Of a stretch of DNA of 64,000 bases, positions 44,346 to 52,723 are shown piece by piece (the first letter of the stretch is position 1; each line of letters starts with the position of its first letter). The position numbers were made by a program, and so were the translations under genes. The stretch covers positions 16,363-80,362 of the forward strand of contig CALKWQ010000016.1 in NCBI GenBank assembly GCA_938003925.1, in the 5' to 3' direction. The stretch is from an uncultured bacterium. Lineage in GTDB: Bacteria; Patescibacteriota; Patescibacteriia; Patescibacteriales; UBA12465. Below the pieces are notes generated by a model. The model did not search any database and was not told the DNA's origin. It saw nothing but the letters and a program-made list of their open reading frames with translations.

Positions 44346-45794
44346 ATGTCAATACCATTAACTGAAGTAACAACTGTAGGCGGTCCTTTACCAGAGGGTG
44401 ATTTATGTCAGTATAGTTATGATCCTGTAACTAGTACTGTGTATTTAGCTAGACTAGTAGATGAATCATTTACTCCTGATAGGCAAGTTTTATATTTCAC
44501 TAAGCTAGGAACAGGCAGTAAGATAAAATTTAGCGGTAATTTATTTCCAGGAATAATAAAATATAATTTTACTTCATATTCTTCTGGTATAGTAGGATAT
44601 ATAAGTATAAAATATAATGATGAACTGATACTAAATGAGCCTCTAAAATCTAGTAATACATTTGATACACAAATATATGGTATAAATGAATTTGGCTTAA
44701 AAACTAATGACTATGGAATGTATGAAATTGAGATTAGTCAGTACATAACAAGTGCACATTTAATGATGGCTATATCATTAGAATTACCTACTAGTGAAAG
44801 CGGCTATACTACATATAGTAATCAATTTAATCAACTTCCAGCATTAAGCTTTATAAATTTTGATGACAGTCTTACAGTGGATTTAATAAATACTGAACTT
44901 TTTCAACAAGTTCCTATATCTAATTTTAACCAGATAAATACTTCTTGGGGGTATATAAGAAAAAATGCCAAGCATATAGCTTTACAAACAATAGCACCAT
45001 TTCCACCTACATTTTATGATAGTAACTGGTATGACCTAGTAGACTATAAAGAAACTAGTGCCTTTACTGCTCAATACGTACAATATAACGCATACGAATA
45101 TTTAGATAGTCTAGCCTATGAAACAACTCCAGATCTGTCTAAAGCTGTTAAACTAATAACAGATACACATGCTAGAACTAAGCCAACTTGCTATGACATA
45201 GCTATAATAACTCAAGAAACTAGTGATAGACAACTACTATGGAGATGCTTTAAAGAACAGCGTATATATAAACCAGCTACAGTAGAATATACTGTAGGTA
45301 TAAATATTTGGAAATCATCTGAGAACGTTTATAAGTATAAATCAGGTAAAATATTCTTTGGTGGAAAGAACTACAGTGGACCTTTAAATACTATTTTATT
45401 TGATAATGGTGATGGTATTACTTATAGTGAGCATGCTATACTTGATCTTAATGAGTTTCCAATAAATTCAAACAATGAAGTATTTGTGTATGATCATGTA
45501 TCTAATTATAGTTTAACAGCTCCTAAGGTATATTGCGTTTTAAATAAGCTTTCTGGTAGAATGGCTGAAATTGATGTAAATACAAAAACTATCAAGTATT
45601 TTACACTTGTAGTACCAATAGATCATGAAATACAAAAATTATTTTTTACTACAAGATTAATGTATACTGTTAAACATAGTAATAACTCAGATCTAAGCTT
45701 ATATGACGCTAATAATAATGGAGTATTATTACACACATTTGATCTTGGTACATACGACCCAAGTGTACAGCCACAATTTATGATAATAAACTAA
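44346..45794 (+). CDS. hypothetical tail-tip protein (482 aa)
   Basis: RBS is taaggagagtatATG. The N-terminal TSTVYLARLVD resembles NTVYLDRFVF at the start of the 1257-aa protein. Confidence 0.5.
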   Translation: MSIPLTEVTTVGGPLPEGDLCQYSYDPVTSTVYLARLVDESFTPDRQVLYFTKLGTGSKIKFSGNLFPGIIKYNFTSYSSGIVGYISIKYNDELILNEPLKSSNTFDTQIYGINEFGLKTNDYGMYEIEISQYITSAHLMMAISLELPTSESGYTTYSNQFNQLPALSFINFDDSLTVDLINTELFQQVPISNFNQINTSWGYIRKNAKHIALQTIAPFPPTFYDSNWYDLVDYKETSAFTAQYVQYNAYEYLDSLAYETTPDLSKAVKLITDTHARTKPTCYDIAIITQETSDRQLLWRCFKEQRIYKPATVEYTVGINIWKSSENVYKYKSGKIFFGGKNYSGPLNTILFDNGDGITYSEHAILDLNEFPINSNNEVFVYDHVSNYSLTAPKVYCVLNKLSGRMAEIDVNTKTIKYFTLVVPIDHEIQKLFFTTRLMYTVKHSNNSDLSLYDANNNGVLLHTFDLGTYDPSVQPQFMIIN

Positions 45795-45805
45795 AGGAGA
45801 CTAGT

Positions 45806-46297
45806 ATGAACTGGAATGGTGTATTTTCACTTAGTTGTAGAAATAAAATTACTGGTGTAAGAAAATGGACAGATACAGTCCATAATGCCTTAACTGATGA
45901 GGGTGAAAAAAATATACTTGATACATACTTAAGAAACTTAAATGTTCCTATTTCATTTTATATTGGTCTAACAAGTATGTCTAGTATAGATGAATCAACT
46001 ACTTTATTAAGTCTAACAAATGAAGTAATTGCAGCTGAATATTCTAGACAGCTAGTTGAACGATCAGCAACTGGCTGGCCTCAATTATTAATTGATACAA
46101 ATGACAATAATTTCCAGGCCATTAGTAAAGTAGTATCATTTGAAGCTAATACTTCATGGAGTATGGTAAATAAGTTATTTATGAGCACTACCAGTGATAA
46201 TTCTGGCTTATTGATATCATTTGGTAACTTATCAACAGATAGAACATTGGTAGAAAATGATATTTTAGACATAACATATAAAATAAAACTAGCTTAG
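45806..46297 (+). CDS. hypothetical small tail-tip protein (163 aa)
   Basis: RBS is aaaggagactagtATG. No secure motif. Confidence 0.5.
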   Translation: MNWNGVFSLSCRNKITGVRKWTDTVHNALTDEGEKNILDTYLRNLNVPISFYIGLTSMSSIDESTTLLSLTNEVIAAEYSRQLVERSATGWPQLLIDTNDNNFQAISKVVSFEANTSWSMVNKLFMSTTSDNSGLLISFGNLSTDRTLVENDILDITYKIKLA

Positions 46298-46304
46298 GTG
46301 ATAT

Positions 46305-48746
46305 ATGGAAGAGTTAATAGTAACTAATATAAGCTGTACTATAAGTGTAGAATCTTCATTACGTAGTTTATCTAATGTTAATGACAACATACAGTATAGT
46401 GATAGTAACTATTCAGCTCTCATATCAAATGAAGATGTAACTAGTATAGTTGTATATTCAGACTATACATTAGATAAGCGTAAATATTTAGAATATAGTA
46501 CAACTAACATCAGTGCTAGTTTATCTAGTACTGATGTTAGGGTATTTAGATCATTATATAGCTGTTTTAAAGGCTATAATACTTATCCATTGTTAAATAG
46601 AACATTACGAACCTTAATAAATTACGACTTTAGTAATAATATATTCTATTCTTCTATAGAAATGATGCTTATTAATACTACTCAGATAATCCTACAGGAT
46701 ACAGAATTGTATTATAGATTACTCTGTAGTAGTTTTATTTCTAACGTGCTACCTATGACTAGCGGTAATACTGTACCAGTCTATTCTACTAGTTTAAAAA
46801 AACTTAGTTGTAGCCTATTTAAAAGCTCTAGCATAAATATTTTAACAGCAACGCAAAGCATAGTTTATAGTAGCGACCAAAACAACTATATATGTCTATT
46901 GAGTAACAAATCAGGTGTAGTAGCCTTAATGGCTACTACACAAAGCTTAAATTTTATACAGCTAAAAGCTAATAATTATAGCTCATTAAGACATAGGTCT
47001 AGTGAATTGACAATACCATCTACTAGTCAAATTACTATATATTCTAGTAGTATAAAATTGTATAAAGTTAATGATATAAATTATACTAGTACAGTTATAA
47101 AGTCTAAAACAAATACTCAAAACTTAGTTTATGGCGGTGATAATACGTTCTATTCACTTAATGGATTTTTTAACTACTTTAGGTATAAATACCCTAGTTT
47201 AATGCCAAACTTATACACTGTGCTAATTGGAAATAAATTAATAAATATGTACAATAATAGTATGTCGTGTATTGAATCGCATAAAATAGGATATAAAAAA
47301 GTTCCTGTATCTGAAAATTTCCTAATTGACGCTAATGGCATTTGGTGCAGTAAGTTATCACTGCCTTTATTAGTATACGAAAATAAAGTAGTTTTTTTCT
47401 ATAATAGCAAACTATTTACGTATGACTTTAATAACATAACTTTTAGTGATTTAAATTATTATGCAAAAGATTATAATTTAGCCCCACAAAATGTGTCATT
47501 ATTTTACGATAGTCTATATGGCATGCCATATATATGCTGTGAATCAACAGAAGTTAGTCAAGAGCTGACTGAGCCTACTGAGTTTTGGAATTTCATACAA
47601 ATAGATAATATAAAAGAATTAATACCTCAAGATAGTATAGATGAACAAATCGATTATACACATGAATTATTTACTCCAACTGAATATATGATATCTGGCA
47701 TAATAGCTAGAAATAAAGATAAGTTTATTTTACAAGGATATAAAGGGGCTACTAATAAAGCCATCTTATTAGCGGATCTTTTATTTGACGGACAAGCTAT
47801 AACAGAATTATTTTCTTATTCTGGTTCTGATGTACTATACTGCTCATACCCATATGTTTACTACTCTAAACTTAATAAAGAGTTTAAATCATCATCTATA
47901 TATGATTCAATAGTTAAATTAAACTTAGATATAATGGATTATACAATAATAGAGCTAGAACATTTAGAATGTCATATAGAATATAATGATGGAGTATGGA
48001 TAGTTTATAAAGACAGACTAACACAAGCATATTATCTGGTTAAAGAAAACGAGCTAAGTAAAAAGATAAATATTACTGCGAATTTAAATCTTAATGATGA
48101 CTATATACTTGAGTTTAAAATATTTGATACATTTGTATATTTTATAACAAGTTCTAGAAAAATTTATGAACTAAACTATTATACAATGCAGAAAAGAGAA
48201 GTAGTTTTAACTGGTGTACCTATAAGACTTGTTAAATTTAATAAAACATTAGGCTGTGTATTATCTAGATATTCTACATATTTACTATTTGAAACTCTAC
48301 AACCAATAGAATGGTCCACAAATCAAACTGAATGGATTACTCCTAGTGATCTAAAAAAAGGTGAAATACTACAGCCATATGGCTTAAATAATTCAATATT
48401 GTTTAAAAGAAGTTGTCCAATAAAAACTATAGCTGACTATACAATAGCTGAACGTTCTAGTCTACGGTTTATTGAAAAAGAGGTTGTAGTAGTATCTAAT
48501 CATACAAAAGCTAATAATTTAGAAAGTATAGCTCCAATACGAGTTGGTATATGCTCACAACTAGTAGCTAGTGAAATTGATATGTCTATAATTAATCCAA
48601 AAACTACACAGATGTCTAGTATGGAATATTCAGAATCATTAAAGGTAGATAAGACTATTAGTAGAACAGGCGAGTTAGAGCTTAATATAGTTATGCCACA
48701 GTTTCCTGAGTCATTAGCCGGAGGATATAAAATTTATGCTAAATGA
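46305..48746 (+). CDS. hypothetical tail-tip protein (813 aa)
   Basis: RBS is taggtgatatATG, the same string as at 50510. No secure motif. Confidence 0.5.
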   Translation: MEELIVTNISCTISVESSLRSLSNVNDNIQYSDSNYSALISNEDVTSIVVYSDYTLDKRKYLEYSTTNISASLSSTDVRVFRSLYSCFKGYNTYPLLNRTLRTLINYDFSNNIFYSSIEMMLINTTQIILQDTELYYRLLCSSFISNVLPMTSGNTVPVYSTSLKKLSCSLFKSSSINILTATQSIVYSSDQNNYICLLSNKSGVVALMATTQSLNFIQLKANNYSSLRHRSSELTIPSTSQITIYSSSIKLYKVNDINYTSTVIKSKTNTQNLVYGGDNTFYSLNGFFNYFRYKYPSLMPNLYTVLIGNKLINMYNNSMSCIESHKIGYKKVPVSENFLIDANGIWCSKLSLPLLVYENKVVFFYNSKLFTYDFNNITFSDLNYYAKDYNLAPQNVSLFYDSLYGMPYICCESTEVSQELTEPTEFWNFIQIDNIKELIPQDSIDEQIDYTHELFTPTEYMISGIIARNKDKFILQGYKGATNKAILLADLLFDGQAITELFSYSGSDVLYCSYPYVYYSKLNKEFKSSSIYDSIVKLNLDIMDYTIIELEHLECHIEYNDGVWIVYKDRLTQAYYLVKENELSKKINITANLNLNDDYILEFKIFDTFVYFITSSRKIYELNYYTMQKREVVLTGVPIRLVKFNKTLGCVLSRYSTYLLFETLQPIEWSTNQTEWITPSDLKKGEILQPYGLNNSILFKRSCPIKTIADYTIAERSSLRFIEKEVVVVSNHTKANNLESIAPIRVGICSQLVASEIDMSIINPKTTQMSSMEYSESLKVDKTISRTGELELNIVMPQFPESLAGGYKIYAK

Positions 48747-50502
48747 TTACTATATAACGCTAGCTGCCGGTACTAGGGTAGGTGGTGCAAAGAAATATGG
48801 CTCTTTAGCCGAGCAATCAATGCATGAACAGCATTTATTAGAGCTTAAAAATTTATTAGGTGATAGGATAATAAGTTATGACAATAATACAGGCTTTGTA
48901 TTGGCTAAGTTATATGATGATGAAGCTAATGACATAGCTATAAAATCTTATATCTATAGAGTATCTAAAGTACCTGATATAACACTATGTCCTATCACTA
49001 ATTTCAGCAGTTATGCTACGTCTAGTTGGCATATGGGATTATTATCAAACAACATATATAGTCTTAATACAAGACTAATAAGTGGATTTAATCTTAGAAT
49101 AGATAAAAGACAGTATGGAATATACCCGATAGATTATGATTATGTAAATGAGCTATTAGTGCTTTCATCAGAAAATAACAAGCTATTGCATAATAATGAA
49201 TTTTTAAACTTTGAATATTCTTTTGATAGTAGTAATGAGATGGTACTAATAGATCTTAATGCTATACAAGATTTAAAGGAAGGTAACTATTACATAGTGT
49301 ATAATATTATTAGTAGAATATTTACAATAAGTAATGTATTAACTTCAAACCTAATAGTCATAGGTAGTGTAGACCTAAAGTTAAATAATAGCAGTATAGT
49401 CGGTTATTATTCTGCATATAGTGATAAATTTGATATAGTTGAGCTAAAACTTATATCTGATTTTAATCACTATATAACAGCTTATAACGGAAGTGATGTT
49501 GAAGTAATTATAGGCGATACACACATAGACTATAATTTATCAGAATTTGACAATAGGGCTACTTTGTTGTACAATCCATATTCAAATATTTTTAATACTG
49601 CGTATATAGGTGAATTAGACACTGGCTATGCTAGTCATGGTACATTAGTAGCTTGTGCTTTGGCTGGTAAAACCTATGGTATGGCTAAGCATGCAAAAAT
49701 ACTTGGAGTTACCTTATTTGATTATTCTGAGGGCGAAAAAGCAGATGGCTCTAGTGTAAATCCATCTGATAAAGTTTTAATTGGTCTTCAGTATATAGCA
49801 GGGTATATAGATACCAAAAAAGTAACTGGTAATCTTTCGCCAACTGTTGTTAATCTAAGTATTAAAATGTCATCAACTATTCCAGAAGTTGATGACATAA
49901 TAGAGGCTATGATAGAAGATGGTGCTGTAGTAGTTATAGCTGCTGGAAATGATAATATAATTAATAATCATTCACCCTATAGTGAAAATGCTATAATAGT
50001 GGCTTCATGTGATAACAATTTAAAGCCATCTTTATTTACAGAGTATGGGCCAAGAATAACAGTATATGCTCCAGGTGAAAATATTGCAGGCCTAATGAAT
50101 GGTGGTGTTCCACATACATGGTCTGGAACATCAGTAGCCTGTCCAATAGTAGCTGGTTTATGCGCAATTTATTTGAGTATGTGCCCAGAAAGCTCAGTTA
50201 AAGACGTAAAAATAGCCTTAATTAATAACGCTGTTAAGGCTATTACGTATAATAAACTGTATACGACTAACTTATTTATGCAGCATATTAGTTATGGCTA
50301 TCATGAAAATACTAATATTAAACTGGCTAGTCTTAGTAATAAAATAATTTTATCACTAAAACCGTATCTAACAAATTTTGATGATGAGCCAGACTATGGT
50401 AATAGCATAGAACTAACTTTAGATGACCTAATGAATACTATAATTTCTATCGGCAGCATAGAGTCAATAGATATAGGAACTATGTTTAAACTACAAAGAT
50501 AG
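48736..50502 (+). CDS. subtilisin-like serine protease (peptidase S8) with ~250-aa unknown N-terminal domain
   Basis: Catalytic motifs occur in the correct order: VIIGDTHID (Asp261), SHGTLVACALAG (His301), AAGND, and WSGTSVACPIVAG (Ser466). Confidence 0.8.
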   Translation: MLNDYYITLAAGTRVGGAKKYGSLAEQSMHEQHLLELKNLLGDRIISYDNNTGFVLAKLYDDEANDIAIKSYIYRVSKVPDITLCPITNFSSYATSSWHMGLLSNNIYSLNTRLISGFNLRIDKRQYGIYPIDYDYVNELLVLSSENNKLLHNNEFLNFEYSFDSSNEMVLIDLNAIQDLKEGNYYIVYNIISRIFTISNVLTSNLIVIGSVDLKLNNSSIVGYYSAYSDKFDIVELKLISDFNHYITAYNGSDVEVIIGDTHIDYNLSEFDNRATLLYNPYSNIFNTAYIGELDTGYASHGTLVACALAGKTYGMAKHAKILGVTLFDYSEGEKADGSSVNPSDKVLIGLQYIAGYIDTKKVTGNLSPTVVNLSIKMSSTIPEVDDIIEAMIEDGAVVVIAAGNDNIINNHSPYSENAIIVASCDNNLKPSLFTEYGPRITVYAPGENIAGLMNGGVPHTWSGTSVACPIVAGLCAIYLSMCPESSVKDVKIALINNAVKAITYNKLYTTNLFMQHISYGYHENTNIKLASLSNKIILSLKPYLTNFDDEPDYGNSIELTLDDLMNTIISIGSIESIDIGTMFKLQR

Positions 50503-50509
50503 GTGATAT

Positions 50510-52723
50510 ATGAGTGATGCTATAACTAAAGACATAAGTATTTCTGGCTTTAATAACCCAGATAATGTTACTAAACTTGATATTTCTCTATCTGAATCTG
50601 GCGGAAATATAGCATATACTAGCATTAAGGATAAAAATGTATCTGTAGATGATAGTATAGTCATTCAAGGTGTAAAAGCTAATGTCTATAAATGTGGACA
50701 GTTAAATAATGCTATTGACATAGTATCGGCCGAAGTTGGTAGTAAATCAACTCAAAAGAATGTAGCAATTTTAATGCTAGAAGATGAAGCTAAGTATTTA
50801 CCTTATAAAGTATCAGATGTTATAGCAGTATTTAAACAAAAGACCGGTATTAATATAAGCTATAAAGGTTATGACCTTTGTATAGAGAGTTTTCAATTTT
50901 CAGGCATAGCAAAAGACTGTATTCATAGTATAGCTAGTTTAGTGTTTGGTACTATTAGCTATAATAGCTTAGATGATTCATACACTATTATGGCTGGAGA
51001 CTACATAGCGTCTTCTAGTAAAAACTCTCTTACCATAGAGCCTGAATATATTAAAAGCATAGAAACATATGTGGAAAAAAATAATTCAGTATCACAATTT
51101 GGTTTAATGCTACTTGAAGTGGCAAAAGAAATAGCCAGACTAAGACAGAGTATAATTGACGTTACAGCATCTATAGACGAGGATGCAAATACTAGAATAT
51201 TAAGTGATACTATAAACTTTAAATTTGGTGGTGCAGGTGGGCATAACTATATTCCAAATGATATAGATGTAGAAAGTACAGAATGGGATATATGGTATGA
51301 AGACGAGCTAGGTAATAAATGGGTCAACCCAGTTAAAGCAGCAGAAGAAAAAAATGACCCCAAATTTGTATCTAAACAAAAGTTTTATTTTAAAGTTGAA
51401 ACACTTGAAGAAACAATAACTATAGCTGATAGTAGCCAATCTGGCTATACGGTAAAAAGAGGTAAGAAACGTGGTCTTAGATCAATAGGCGTTGGAACTA
51501 GTCTGTATGTAAGATTAAAGAATATTACATCAACAAGTAACATAGTCGGTAAAGGTTTTTTAATAAATTTACAAACTTTAGGCATGCCTTCTTTAACTAA
51601 ATATTTAGAAAATAAAACACAAGGAGCTTCTGCAGATGATAAATATGATGATGGCTATCATGTACTGTATGAAGTAGAGACAAAAGAAATAAAAGTTAAA
51701 GACAATAGCTCTAATGTTGTCGAATCATTATATGTGCCGTATCTAAGAATAACCAGTCCACCTGGTATTTATAACGCCATATTAGCTGCTTTAACATCAA
51801 AATTAGGCAGATCACCTAATAGTTTTGAAATAAATGATGCAATGACTAAGCAATTATACAGTGTTAATATAGAACTAATGTCAACTGAAACTGACTACGG
51901 TAAATTACTGTATGTAGGTTTTCAAGATAAATATGGCAGAGTAATAACCACTAGTAATCAGGTTACACTAATTTCTGGAAAAGATAATACATCATATTAT
52001 GCTCCTTTAGAAGGCATGGATATTAGCTTTAGTACTACACAGACAAGTACTGATACTAACTATAATCCACAAATTTTTGACGAATATTTTACTGTTTCAG
52101 AAATATCTTCTAAGCTTGAAGCTGCATACAAAGATTTATACAATTTGGCTATTATGCAAGATAAAGTATGTATGTCTAAAAATACTGACTTTCCTAAATT
52201 TTTATACGAAGTATTAGATCCTCCTATTGCTGGAAATGCATATGGTAGAGTAGTTGGTATTATACTAGGAGAAAAAGAGCCAACAGAAGACTTATCTATT
52301 AATGCATTTGTAACAACTGATAGACAAAAGAAAAGGCTAGAGAGAAAACTAAAAGCTCTTGAATGTCGTATAAATCTAATAGTAAAAACTATGAATAGAA
52401 CATCCTCAGTTGTTACTCTATCTGATGTAAAGAATCATTTAAGAAATATTATAAATTATGAGGCTATACTGTATGAGGTAAAAAATGAGTCAATAGCCAC
52501 TATGCAAACTTTAAAGACTAACTTAGATGAACATATTAATTTCTTTTTAGATAATTTAGGCTTGGCAGAAGCTAGCTCAAAACATATGGTTAAAGTAAAA
52601 ACTTTAATTACTAGTTCTATACCTCCAATTGGTACTACTATTAAGTGTGATAATGTGCAATTTACTCTTAAGTCTGTAAATAGTTCTGGTTTAGAAATAG
52701 ACTTTGAGGGTGAGCTATTATGA
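50510..52723 (+). CDS. hypothetical tail-tip protein (737 aa)
   Basis: RBS is taggtgatatATG. No secure motif. Confidence 0.5.
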   Translation: MSDAITKDISISGFNNPDNVTKLDISLSESGGNIAYTSIKDKNVSVDDSIVIQGVKANVYKCGQLNNAIDIVSAEVGSKSTQKNVAILMLEDEAKYLPYKVSDVIAVFKQKTGINISYKGYDLCIESFQFSGIAKDCIHSIASLVFGTISYNSLDDSYTIMAGDYIASSSKNSLTIEPEYIKSIETYVEKNNSVSQFGLMLLEVAKEIARLRQSIIDVTASIDEDANTRILSDTINFKFGGAGGHNYIPNDIDVESTEWDIWYEDELGNKWVNPVKAAEEKNDPKFVSKQKFYFKVETLEETITIADSSQSGYTVKRGKKRGLRSIGVGTSLYVRLKNITSTSNIVGKGFLINLQTLGMPSLTKYLENKTQGASADDKYDDGYHVLYEVETKEIKVKDNSSNVVESLYVPYLRITSPPGIYNAILAALTSKLGRSPNSFEINDAMTKQLYSVNIELMSTETDYGKLLYVGFQDKYGRVITTSNQVTLISGKDNTSYYAPLEGMDISFSTTQTSTDTNYNPQIFDEYFTVSEISSKLEAAYKDLYNLAIMQDKVCMSKNTDFPKFLYEVLDPPIAGNAYGRVVGIILGEKEPTEDLSINAFVTTDRQKKRLERKLKALECRINLIVKTMNRTSSVVTLSDVKNHLRNIINYEAILYEVKNESIATMQTLKTNLDEHINFFLDNLGLAEASSKHMVKVKTLITSSIPPIGTTIKCDNVQFTLKSVNSSGLEIDFEGELL

